Part shown: piece after piece, positions 49,171 through 61,320 of the stretch | Position numbering within the stretch: position 1 is the first letter of the stretch | How the letters are laid out: every line of letters begins with the position of its first letter | DNA from: Mobula hypostoma | Lineage: Eukaryota | Length of the DNA: 64,000 nucleotides | Direction: 5' to 3' | NCBI RefSeq assembly: GCF_963921235.1 | Contig: NC_086097.1 | Span: 129,086,001 to 129,150,000 of the forward strand | Translations under genes and position numbers: made by a program | Notes under the pieces: generated by a model | Database searches by the model: none | The model's input: the letters and a program-made list of their open reading frames with translations, nothing else | What the model was told of the DNA's origin: nothing

Positions 49171-52071
49171 CTGAATAAAATAGAAACCAGTATAGAGTGA
49201 GGCGCCACTGGAACATTAGACAAACAGCTGCCCGAAGTGCCGCCAGGTAGAAAACTCACACAACTGAGGAATGGTGGCATCCCGCCACAGCAAAATGTGT
49301 GAACTATGCATAGGTAGGACGGAGACAGGGAATGGTTGCTATCACTCGCAGGTGAAGTCAGGTCGACCAGTTTTTTCTCTATTGCTAGTTTACCGATTGC
49401 TGAGCTCTGGGGTTACGTGCTTGTCATATCCACCCAAAACTCTTATCTCCACTGCTGGGTAGTAATCAATTCTAATGGACCCATTGAGACTTCTTTCTGT
49501 TGGCTCTTCCCATTCCAGGCCTTGCATGTGGTTTTACAATATGAAGAAGGGGGATAAATTTATGTTTTAGTTTTATGACTTTTCTCACAATGCAAGTTCC
49601 CTCCTCAGTGCTCAGAATTGCATTGTTTCAGGAAAGCTAGTAGTATTGTCGAGGATGCTTGCAACTCTGGCTGTTACCTTTCCTCTCTCCTACTTTCTGG
49701 GAGAAGATACAGGAGCTTGAAAGCTCAAGTGAACCACTGGAGCTGTGAGTTAGCTCAACTAGCTGTGTCTTTGATCCAGGACTGTACCAGATGGAGTGAG
49801 GACAATAATTCCAAGATCAATGTGGAATCTCAAAGCTGGGATTCCCCTTACATCATTGACAAGAAAACAAAGTACTAAACTCTATGATGCATAAATGAAG
49901 ATATATGTAGACAGGTAATGTGCCTGAGATTTGTTACTGTATTAGTACTGGGTTGTAAAGTTGAAGAAACATGACATATCCTGAAATTAGTTCAATTTTC
50001 AACCGAGTTTCCTTAACACAAATTTATCAAAAGGATAAAGCACAACGACAAAATGGGTGCATGATACATTGCAATTCTTAAAAATGGAAACATATGCACA
50101 TACTTAATAAATGCTTTAAAAAGCAAAATCAAAACCACCCACATGCAGTAGAGTGCAACTGAAATGTAATGTGTATATCAGTAAATACACTTTATCCTGA
50201 CATTTTAATTTAACTACAAATCTGTACAGTACAAGGAAATGCTTAATATTTAAGCTGCTTTCAGCAAATAAAACACATCATTAAACCAGAGTTTAATAAA
50301 CTTGGTGTAATACTGATAATTTAACATAATTTGTATGACTGTTTTTATTGTGTTAAACAGTTTCTATGCACATGTTGACACACAATGAATTCTTAACCTA
50401 TTTTCTCTTCTTTAATGAAGGCTGCAGTAAATATTAAAACATAGAACAGTACGGCACAGGAAAAGGCCCTTCAGCCCACAATACCTGTGCTAAACATAAT
50501 GCCAAATTATACTAAATCTCAGTTGCACGCACATGATCAATATCACTCCATTCCCTGCATATTCATCTGTTTAATCACCTCTTAAATGCACGATTTTATC
50601 GCCTTCCATCACTCACCCTGGTAGCTCATTCCAGGTACCCTCCACTTTCTGAGTAAAGGTTGTGCCCCTCACATCTCCTGTAAACTTTCCCCTACTCATC
50701 TTTAAAGCACGTCCTCTAGTACCTGAACATCTACCCAGGGGAAAAAAATCTTGACTGCCTTAACATATTTACCCAAAATTTCTATCCACAAATATTTTAA
50801 ATTCATTCACCTTTTAGTCTAATGTAGGCAGATGGATGGAGCTATGTTACAGTTCAGTGGCGACTGGGTGAATGAATGCCTTGACAGGTGGAAGAAGGCT
50901 AGTAGCAAAGTTCACACAGGGAATGGCTACAATCTCAGGCACGCTGTCTGAGGAAGTGATAGAAACAGGTACTCGCGCAGTATCTATGAAGAATCTAAAC
51001 AAGCACTTGAAACTTGAACAAGCACTTTTATACAGTAAATGGCAGGACCTTAAAGGTTATGTATACAGATGAATGTTGGGGTGCAAGTTCACAGCTCACT
51101 GACTGTGGCAACACAGGTGAGAAGGTGGTAAAGAAAGCACACAAAGTATTTGCCTTCATCGGCCAGGCTGTTGAGGATAAAAGTTGAAAAGTCATATTGC
51201 AGTTGTAACCAACTTTGATTAGGTTACATTTGGAATACTGTGTGCAGTTGTGTTTCCCACATTACTAGAAGAATGTGGAGGCTTTGGAGAGGATATAGAA
51301 GAGTGTACCTGGAGAGATAGTATTAAGTGTTAGAAGAAGCTGGACAAACTTGAATTGTTCTCGCTGAAGCATCGGAGGCTTGAGCAACCTGACAGAAGTA
51401 GATAAAATATGTGAGTAAAATGTAGAAAATACAGGAGTTCAGCAAGTCAGGCAGCACCTATGAAAAGGAATGTACAGTCGACATTGACAATCCCAACAGA
51501 CTCGTACGTGAAGTTTTGCCCTCTGCTTACCTTTACGTTGCCTATGTGGAACAGTCTATGTTCCAAGCCTTCACTAGTAATGTTTCCGAACTCTTTCCGT
51601 GATACATTGACTGCATTGGTGCTGCTAAATGCACACATGCTGAGCTCCTCAATTTCATCAACTTTGCCTCTGAATTCTACCCTCCCATTCGATTCACTTT
51701 GTCCATTTCTGTTACCTCTCACCTCTCAACCCCTTTGTCTCCATCTCTGCATACTGTCTACTGGAATATTTTATAAACCTACTGGCTCTCACAGCTACCT
51801 TGACTATACTTATTCCCATCCTGTCACTTTTAAAAGTTCTATTTGCTTTTCTCGGTTCCTCACTCTCTGCTGCATCTGTTCCCAGAACGAGGCCTGTCCT
51901 TTCCAGAACATCAGAAATGTCCTCCTTCTTTAAACAGCAGTGTTTCTCTTCCTCCACCTTTGATGCTGCCCTCACCCACATCTCCTCTACTGCTCAAACA
52001 TCTGTCCTCACCTTAACAGGGATAGAGTTCCTCTTGCCCTTACCGAGCACTCCATGATCCTCCACATCTAG

Positions 52072-52880
52072 TTCAAGTCGTCAAGTCACTTTTTATTGTC
52101 ATTTCGACCATAACTGCTGGTACAGTACACAGTAAAAACAAGACAACGTTTTTCAGGACCATGGTGCTACATGAACAATACAACAACTACACTGAACTGC
52201 ATAAAAAAAACACAAAACTACACTAGACTACAGACCTACCCAGGACTGCATAAAGTGCACAAAACAGTGCTGGCATTACAATAAGTAATAAACAAGACAA
52301 CAGGCACAGTAGAGGGCAGTAGGTTGGTGTCAGTCCAGGCTCTGGGTATTGAGGAGTCTGACGGCTTGGGGGAAGAAACTGTTACATAGTCTGGTTGTGA
52401 GGGCCTGAATACTTCGGTGCCTTTTGCCAGATGGCAGGAGGGAGAAAAGTTTGTATGAGGGGTGCGTGGGGTCCTTCATAATGCTGTTTGTATTACGGAT
52501 GCAGCGTGTGGTGTAAATGTCTGTAATGGCGGGAAGAAAGACCCCGATGCTCCTCTCAGCTGACCTCACTATCTGCTGAAGGGTCTTGCGATCCAAGATG
52601 GTGCAATTTCCGAACCAGGCAGAGAGGCAGCTGCTCAGGATGCTCTCAATACAACCTCTGTAGAATGTGGTGAGGATGGGGGGTGGAAGATGGACTTTCC
52701 TCAGCCTTCGCAGAAAGTAGAGATGCAGCTGGGCCTTCTTTGCTATGGATCTTGTGTTGAGGGACCAGGTGAGATTCTCCGCCAGGTGAACATCAAGAAA
52801 TTTGGTGCTCTTAACCATCTCTACGGAGGAGTCGTTGGTGTTCAGCAGAGAGTGGTCGTTCCGTGTCCTCCTGAAGTCCA
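52072..52880 (-). mobile_element. Rex1-type LINE 3' fragment with an open C-terminal frame and (TTGAC)n-like tail
   Basis: ORF 52330..52884: DFRR...[11 protein letters not shown]...[15 protein letters not shown]...HPSYKLFSLLPSGKR...SFFPQAVRLLN. Confidence 0.9.
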
Positions 52881-53760
52881 TCATTCTCCGCAGCTTTTGC
52901 CATCTTCACTGGGAACCTACCACTAAGCACATTTTTACCTCCCCCTTCCACTCCTTGCTTTCTGCAGGGATCACTCACTCCATAATTTCCTTGTCCATTT
53001 GTCTCCCTCCTGGCACTTATCCCTGCAAGTGGAAGAAGTGCTACACCTGCCTATTAACCTTCACTCAGGGCCCCTAACTGGTGAGGCAACACTACAACTG
53101 TGAGTCTGTCGGGGTCAACTACTGTATCCAGTGCTCCCAGTATGGCCTCCTCTACATTGGTGAGACCCAACATACAGTAGACTGTGGGGGGGGGGGGGTC
53201 ACTTCCTCAAGCAACTTCACTCCATCTGCAACAAGCCGGATTTCCCATTATAATTCCAATCTCTATTCCCATTCCGACATGTCAGTCCATGGCCTCCTCC
53301 CTGCCACAATGAGGCCATTCTCAGCTTAAAGGAACAACACCTTATATTCTGTCTGGGTAGTCTCCAATCTGATGGCATAAGTACCTATTTCTCTAACCTC
53401 CAGTAATTTTTCTCCCTCCTCTTTCTCTCTTCTTCCACTCCACACTCTGGCTCCTCTCTTACCTCTTCTCTTACCTCTTCTCTTCTCCTCACCTGCCTAT
53501 CGACTCCCCCTGGTGCCCCCCTCCTCCATTTCTCCCACGGTCCAGTCACCTCTCCTTTCAGATTCCTTCCTCTTCAGTCCTTTAATTTTTCCAACTATTA
53601 ACTCCCAGCCTCTCAGTTCATCCCCGCTCCCCCACTCACCTACCTTCTGCCTCACCTGGCTTCACCTATCACCTTCTAGCTTATACTGTTTCCTGTTTTC
53701 CTTCTTCCTTCCCCCACCCTGCCTAGCTTTGGCTTCTTCTCCCACCCCTTTTCAGTACTG

Positions 53761-54078
53761 AACTGGAGGGGATAACTTCACTTGCCCCATCACTGAACTG
53801 TCCCCACAACATATGAACTCACTTTCACAGACTCTTCATCTCATCCTCTCAATATTTATTGCTTATTTACATGTTTTTATTACCATTATTTCTTTTTTCT
53901 TACCTTTCGTACTTGCACAGTTAGTTGTCTTTTACACGCTAGTTGTTTGCCCTTTTGGGTGCTGCCTTCCAATATGATTCTTGGATTTACCGAGTATTTT
54001 CGCAAGAAAATGAATCTCGAGGTTTTATATGGTGACATACATGTACTTGATAATAAATTTATTTTAAACTTTAAAATT
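53761..54078 (+). mobile_element. Rex1-type 3' UTR fragment
   Basis: Tail tacttgataataaatttattttaaactttaaa, shared with 17740-17785 and 48060-48125. Confidence 0.7.
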
Positions 54079-54499
54079 AAGGTTCTCAGCCCAAAATATC
54101 GACTGTTTATTCCTTTTCATAGATGCTGCCTGACCGACTGAGTTCCTCCAGCATTTTGTATGTGTTACTCTGATTTTCAGCATCTGCAGAAATTCTCATG
54201 TTTAAAACTATGTGAGACATAGTCAAGGTAGATAGTCAGAGCCGTTTTCCCAGAATGGAAAAGTCAAATACAAGTTTAATAGAGACTAATGAAGGAAGTT
54301 TTCTTTCACACAGAGTGGTAGGTGTCTGGAAGGTGGTAGAAAATGATAAAATGGCGAAGTTAAAGAGGCATGAACAGGTAGGGAATGGTGAGATATAGAT
54401 CACATGCAGGCAGATGGGATAAATCAGGATCTTCATCATAGTTGGCAAAAGCACTGTTGGCTGAAGGACAGCTCTCCACACCTCTCTCTAACAGAACAA

Positions 54500-55780
54500 C
54501 CACAATCAGTCTGCACTGGGCAGCATCATCTCTAGTTCCAGCACGCTGAGCCCCAGCACCTCCCAGGACAGTGTGCTGAGCCCACTGGTGTTCATTCACT
54601 CTGCTGATGCATGACTGCACTGCTAGATCCACCTCAAAGCGAATCACCATGTTCGCTGATGAGACAACAGTGGTTGGTCTCATCAACAACAACAAGAAGA
54701 TTGTGTACAGAGAGGTGGTAATGTGGCTGGTAGAATGGTATGAGCTCAACAACTTGAGATTCAACATGGACAAGACTAAAGAGATGATTGTGGACTTTAG
54801 GAAGGTGCAGGTTGACCTCACCTCACTGCATATAAATAGCTTCTTCATTAGACAGTTAAGAGCACCAAATTACTGAAAGTGCACATAACAGATAATCTCA
54901 CCTGGTCCCTCACACCACCTCCATAGTAAAGAAAACATCATAGCGTCTCCACTTCCTGTGAACATCGAAACAAGCTTGGTTCCCCCTTCCTGCCATTCTA
55001 ACCCGTTTTTACAGGAGCACCACTCAGAGTGTACAGAAATCGTAATGTATGTGACCGCAAGATCCTATACTGCCAAACAAAGGATTGCAAGGATTGCTGA
55101 GAGGATCTGCAGGGTCTCTCGTCCACCCAACCAAAATATTTATCAGGAGTACTGCGTCCACAGTGTCAGGCCTGCACAAGCAAGCTCCTCCCAGCCTCCA
55201 TGAGTTTCCTGCCACCCATTTCCACCTCATTACCTGCAGCCTATTTAAACCCAGCTCTCATCCACAATCCTCGTTCACTCATACAAACCAGCCAGCCTCA
55301 AACATTTGCTCCTAGCCTTCAATTATCTTGTTGCATTAAGTATCATTTCCTTTTGTTTTGTGGCCCTTTGTGACCTGTTATTTTGCAGTTTATTATTTTA
55401 AAGTGATTGCTCACTGCTAAATCATCTCAACTGATCTCCATTTGGATCATGCCTCTTCTATATTTCCTGACACACAAGGCCCTTAGCATTGACAAGGATC
55501 TCTCCCATCTGTCCTACAATCTCATTGACCCCTACCATCAGGCAGCGGGTACCATAGCATACCATAGCATACCACAGCATACCACAGAATACCATAGACA
55601 AGCCCTGTTAGGATGGGAAACAGAGTCTTCCCCCAGGCCGTGAGATGAATGAACTCCCTGCCATCGCCCAGATCTTGTCTCATAGGAAGCACCAGGAGTG
55701 TTACATTGTTTACTTTTAAACTTGTATTATAAAGGCACCTTATGCTAAATGTCAATCTTCTAGAATATATTTTACGCAAA
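54500..55780 (+). mobile_element. Rex1-type LINE RT fragment, interrupted by a solo LTR
   Basis: HDCTARST...MFADETTVVGLI...DKTKEMIVDFRK. Confidence 0.85.
55164..55472 (+). mobile_element. Solo LTR (309 bp)
   Basis: Perfect inverted termini tgtcagg...cctgaca, TATA-like ctatttaaa at about 55241, 5-bp TSD cacag/cacaa. The Rex1 sequence continues across it. Confidence 0.8.
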
Positions 55781-57174
55781 CAACAACAACACAAACAAAT
55801 ATTTAACTATTTGTTAGTTTAATTATGGTAATAATACTTGTGTTGTGTGTGAATTTTATGTACTGTGTTGTGCACCTTGTATCACTTGCCCGTATATGTT
55901 GTTCTACGTTCTTTGGACAAACAATGCAGGGAAGGCTATGGGGCTAATACGTTACATGGGATTACTACAGACTCATGCAACAACTAGTATTGACCTATTT
56001 CTATGCTGTGCGACTCCAGAGACACCTCTGCAACATAAGATCAGACGGCCATGTACCAGGTCCATTGTCTAAACCCGTGTCCATGGCTCCTGTTCCCACC
56101 GTGTACACAGCCTGAAACATTGACTGTTTACTCTCTTCCACTGATGTTGCCTGGCCTGCAGAGTTCCTCCAGCCATTTGTGTGTGATTCTTGGATTTCCA
56201 GCATCCACAGGTTTCTCCATTTGTGACAAGGAGACAAGAGTCAGATTTACATTTCTACTGCATCTTTCCTGACTTCAGCACCCAAACTGCTTTACAAGTA
56301 ATGACATATAGTCACTAATATAATGTTAGAAATGTGATACAGCAAGCTCCCACCGACAGTACTGTGTTGTCTTCTCGTGTTAGGGAATATCAACCCAAAA
56401 CCAGGGATAACGCTCCTACTCTTCATTGAAATAGCATCACGAGATCTTTAGCATCTACTTGAGAGAGCAGGTAGGGGCTTTGTGTAACACTCTAGTTAGC
56501 AGGTATCACATCTGATACCTAGCTTTGAACTAAAAAGCAAGAACGTGACACAGAAACGTACATTGAACTGCCTTACAAAGTTCAGGGTAATACTGAAAAT
56601 ACTCAGCAGGTCAAGCAACATCTGTGGAGATAACAGCAGGCTTCCAGTTAACAAACTTTCATCAGAACTGGAAGAAGTTGGAGATGAACAGATTGTAAAA
56701 TGATGGTGAGACAAGGAGCTAATATAGGAGATGGTTTGTGCTCATAAGGAGGGCAGAGAAAGGATGGTGAAAGAGGATGAAATTGAGATATGATAGATCA
56801 ACAGGAGGTGCCACTGACAACTCAACAATGAATGGAAGCATTACAAAGAATGAACCGGCTCATCTCGTGGGCACCTGAGATTCTTTCAATGACAAATTCA
56901 GCAGCTCATGAAACCCTTTCCTCCACTAGACTGTAAGGTGTTTAAGCTAATGCATTTGTTTGCTTCTCAATTATTGGAAATCTAAAATCTGCTGACACCA
57001 CAAATCTAAAGAAAGGAAATGCTGGAAACACCCATCAGGTCAAAGAGCATCTGAGGAGAGAGAAACGGAGAACATATCAGATCAAAGACAACGGCAATAC
57101 TGGGAAGTGAAAAGCAATTTCATTTTCGGTTGCAGAGGCGGAGGAACAGGGATAGATAGGACCAAAGTAGGACC

Positions 57175-57620
57175 TGTGTTATAAGGAAAGGTTGAATAGG
57201 TTAGGATTTTATCGCTTGGAATGTAAAATATTGAGAAGAGATTTGATAGAGGCATGCAAAATTTGAGGGGTATAGATAGGATGAATGCAAGTAAGCTTTT
57301 TCCATTGAGTTTGGGTGGGACTACAACCAGAGGTCATAGGTTAAGGATGAAAGGTGAAAAGTTTAAGGGGAACATGAGGAGAAACAACTTCACTCAGAGG
57401 GCTGTGGGAGTGTGTAGTGAGCTGCCAGCACAAGTGGTGTATGTGAGCTTGATTTCAACATTTAAGGGAAGTTTGGATAGGTACATGGATGGTAGAGATA
57501 TAGAGGGCTATAATCCTGGTGCAGGTCGATGGGGGTAGGCAGTTTAAATGGTTTGGCATGAACTAAATAGGCCGAAGGACTGTTTCTGTGCTGTATTTTT
57601 CAATGTCTCTATGATTCTAA
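57175..57620 (+). mobile_element. CR1 3' fragment
   Basis: RGIDRMNASKLFPL...TRGHRLR...FTQRAVGVCSELP. Confidence 0.85.
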
Positions 57621-58429
57621 GTAATATCTGTGTTAGTGTGAGGTAAGTGTTATCCCAATGATAAGCTGGTTGATAGATTAATGAAGCAGGCAGAGGGAGG
57701 GAGATGAAGAGAGAGGGGGAAGAGGGAGGGGGAGAAGGGGAGAGGGAGATTGGACAAACAAAGGAATATAAGAAAAATGTGGAAAAGCATGGTGTGGGAA
57801 ATAACTGACGCATCAATATCAGGGTGGTGGGGGGTGGTGGGGGGTGTTGGGGAGAGAAAAAGTAGAGTCAAAATCTGACTTTATCACTTGCTGATGGAAA
57901 GAGCTTGAACATAAAACATATGGTTTGTGATTGAGTGGAGGCATAGAAAGTAGTGCATGGTGAATGAGGGTGTTATGGGAGCTAAGTAATTGAAATAAGG
58001 TAAAATTTATTTTAACTATTTAACTGCTTTAAAGAGTTCTGAATGTTATGACCTCACACACTACAGCGAGTTACTGGTTCCCCACCTATCAGATGATGTA
58101 AAAAGGTAGGATTTAAAGGGGGGACTCGATTGAGGAAAGAGATGCAGAGAGACAAAAATGTTTCAGTACAAATTCTACAACTTGGGGCCCAGGGAGGTAA
58201 GGACATGGCAGCCAGTGTTGGAAAGATGAGAACTGAGCATGGTAAGAACGAAGGTGTACCAAGATATAAGGCTGGATGAGAACAGGAGACACCGCATTGC
58301 ATAGAGGGAGACAGAGTTTAAAAGAACTGAGCAAGGGCTGTGAGTGACTTTTGCATAGCACAGTTCCTGAGCAGACATAGGATTACACATAATTAGGCAC
58401 TTTGCAAGGACCAATAAAAAGAAGTTAGG

Positions 58430-60140
58430 TTTAGACGGAGCAGCCATTGTGGGAGCAGACATTGTGTGAGTGGGGAATAAAGGCTTTGGCTCATCGAGGA
58501 TTCGGCTACGAGAGGCACAGGCTGTAGGTAGATTTATTTTTCCTTATTTATTCATTATTTCTATCTTTTTGCACATTTAGAACCATGGGGATACCAGACA
58601 GGATAATGGAATGCTCCTCTTGCAGGATGTGGGAAGGGTGGGAGACCTCCAGTGTCCCTAGTGACTACACCTGCAATGTGCATCCAGCTGAAGCTTCTAA
58701 CAGGCCTGTTAAGGAGTTGGAGCTGACATTGGATGAACTCTGGATAATTTAGGAGGCTGGAAGGTTACTAGATAGGACAATACAGGGAGGGAGCTACACC
58801 CAAGGTGAATGACACAGAATAACTGGATGACCATCAGGAGGGGGAAAGGAGATAGGCAGCCAGTGCAGAGCCTTGAGGCCATCCCCCTCAAAAGCAAGTA
58901 CACTGATTTGGATACTGTTGGGGGGATGACTTGGCAGAGGACAGCCAAAGCATTCAGGTATCTGGCACTGAGTCTGGCTCTGTGGCTCAGAAGGGAAGGG
59001 GGGAAACGAGGTGAGCTGTTGTGAAAGAGGGTTTGCTGTTCAGGGGAAACAGAAAGGAGGCTCTGTAGACAAGAATGAGACTCCTGGATAGTATCATGCC
59101 TCCTATATACTAGGGTCAGCAACATCTCGACTTGCTTGAAGCTTGTAACCTCCAAAGCTGTCAGAGGTCTCTTGGTGGCCTCCTTCACTAGTCCCCTTCT
59201 TGCACAGTTACTCAGTTTTTGAGGGTGGCCTGCTCTAGGCTGATTTACAGTTGTGCCATATTCTTTCATTTCTTGATGATTGACTTAACTGTATTCTAAG
59301 GGATATTCACTGACTTGGAAATTTTCTTGTATCCATCTCCAGAATTTTGCTTTTAATAACCTTTTTGTGGAGTTGCTTGGAGTGTTCTTTTGTCTTCATG
59401 GTGTAGTTTTTGCCAGGACAGTGACTCACCAGCAGCTGGACCTTCCAGATACAGGTATATTTTTACTACAGTCAATTGATACATCTCCACTCCACACAGT
59501 GTCCAAAACCAGATCTCCATTTAACTAATTATGTGACTTCTAAAACCAATTGGCTGCAGCAGTGATGATTTGGTGTGTCATATCCAAAGGGCGGGGGGGG
59601 GGTGAATACTTATGCAATCAATTATTTCGTGTTTTATATATGTAATTATTTTCGATCACTTTGCAGAGATCTGTTTTCACTTTGACACAAAAAACATCCT
59701 TTTCTGTTGATCAGTGTCAAAACAGCTAAATTTAATCCACTGTGATTCAATGTTGTCAAACAATAAGCGTGAAAACTTCCAAGGGTGGAATACATCTTAC
59801 AGGCACTGTAGATTTTCCATGTTTGGGAGATCAAGAACAGGATGCATAGGTTTAAGGTGAGGTGGAATACATTTAATACAAACCTGAGGATAAACTTTTG
59901 TCACCCATAGGATGATCAGTCCATGAAACTTCCAAGGGGGTGAACACTTTTTATAGGCATTGTATAGAAGTATTTGGATAGGTAAGGCATAATTAGGAAT
60001 CATCAGCATGGCTTTGTGCATGTTAAGTCATGTCTAACCGATCTTACAGTGTTTTTCGAGGAACCTATCAGGAAAGCCGATGAAGACAAGGCACTGAATG
60101 TTGTCTACATGGATTTTAGCAAGAGCTTTGACTACAAGGT
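58430..60140 (+). mobile_element. CR1 5' UTR/ORF1 (58430-59130) and RT piece (59965-60140), separated by Tc1 sequence
   Basis: ATG at about 58584 gives MGIPDRIMECSSCRMWE...DYTC (ORF1 zinc-finger-like), followed by WMTIRRGKG..PVQS..AIPL..KYT.LDTVGG. The later piece has KSCLTDL..FFEE and VVYMDFSK. Confidence 0.8.
59131..59808 (-). mobile_element. Tc1-like DNA transposon, left end with N-terminal transposase fragment
   Basis: KEYGTTVNQPRAGHPQKLSNCARRGLVKEATKRP. Terminus reads TA|CAGTGCC on the minus strand at 59810-59802. Inner direct repeat ggggtgaatact at about 59600 (IR/DR type). Confidence 0.9.
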
Positions 60141-60530
60141 AGAGTTCATTGGATCATGGACCATTCAGAAATCTAATGTGGAGGTGAAGAATCTGTCTCT
60201 GAGTCAGTGACTGTGGGCCTTGAGACTCCTGTACTTCCGCCCAGACAGGATGCCCTGGATGGTGAAGGTTCTTAGTGATGGATGCACTTGAGGTATTGCC
60301 TCTTGAAGATGTCCTCAATGGTGGGGAGTGCTGTGCCGACAACTTTCTGCGACGCCTTGCGATCTTGTGCATTGGAGCCGACACACCAGGCTATGATGCA
60401 GCCAATCAGAATGCTCTCCACAGTCTTTGGTGACCCTTACAAATTTCCTCAATATTCTAACAAAGTAGATCCACCTGTCGTGCCTTCTTTGTGATTGCAT
60501 CAATGTGCTGGGTGCAGGATAGATCCTCCA
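60140..60530 (-). mobile_element. Rex1-type LINE fragment
   Basis: ASITKNLHHPGHP motif and a ggctatgatgcagccaatcagaatgctctc body. Confidence 0.65.
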
Positions 60531-60959
60531 AGATGTAGAATGGAGCAAGCTGAAGGAAGATCTAAATGAGCTGCATACAATTTGTGAATGAACCAGATAG
60601 AACGGGAAGGCGTGACCCGTTTTACTTAACAGAGAAGATGGTGATTGGGGGAAGGATTGGGTGGGACTTGAGAGTGCAAAGCTCACTGCCTCAAATGATA
60701 ATTAAGGAAAATATCTGCATCTCATTTTTTAAAAAAGCTTAAGTGTTGTAACCTGCAGGGAGCTAAGATCTGGTTAAGTGGAATTAAGCTGGATAACTCT
60801 TTCTCATCCAGGATCAACACAGTGCTCCACATGATCTCCATCTGTGCTGTAAATTTCTGTTTCCATGATAAGCTCTTTTTGCAACCACCACCAAAGGCGG
60901 TCTGGTCTGTCTTCATACTGTGCAGGAAGTCTCTTTGAAATTCTCTACTTTTTACAGGC

Positions 60960-61320
60960 TGCGTACAAGGAGGGTCGGAGGAAACATGTCAGACGGGTAT
61001 ATTGGCACCTTCTTTGCACCTGCTTCATCCGTCATTATGTCGTTACAGGGTCAGACATTCCTGGTTGCACATGCAGGAAATCACCTTCACGGAGGAGAGT
61101 GCACTTTGCAAACAGGCAGCCACATAAATCTGTACGCTGCTGAAGCCACATCTGGAGTATACTTCTATCACAGGCTGTCAAGCTTACTGCTTCTGTGACC
61201 TTTCAAACTGCCATGTCCCCTGCAAAGAGCAGAAGAACTACAGTTGTATCCTGAAGGTCACGGAAGCCTTGTCAGGAACTCTGAGGCTTTCCATGCAGAC
61301 ATGTGGTCACTCAACAGCAA
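60960..61320 (+). pseudogene. Probable PIF/Harbinger transposase fossil (N-terminal region)
   Basis: Frameshifted peptides in expected order: RYRVRHSWLHM (61041), RRRVHF (61090), KQAAT*ICTLLKPHLE (61110) and LKVTEAL (61251). Confidence 0.45.

Larger units (their letters stand above)
51416..54202 (+). mobile_element. Penelope-like element with a short inverted terminal piece (about 51430-51486), interrupted by two Rex-type insertions
   Basis: STGIFYKPTGSHSYLDYTYSHPVTFKSSICFSRFL, GTYPCKWKKCYTC and VNYCIQCSQYGLLYIGET. Confidence 0.87.
51060..54480 (+). mobile_element. CR1 fragment (51060-51415 and 54203-54480) hosting a PLE insertion
   Basis: ttggaatactgtgtgcagttg motif. Duplication taaaatatgtgag (51403-51415) / taaaactatgtgag (54203-54216). 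Confidence 0.75.

Noticed and set aside
58709..59269. 186-aa ORF beginning like a Tc1 transposase; possible fusion gene
   Set aside because: Only the first ~45 aa are Tc1. The remainder is antisense CR1 ORF1 read through a deletion junction.
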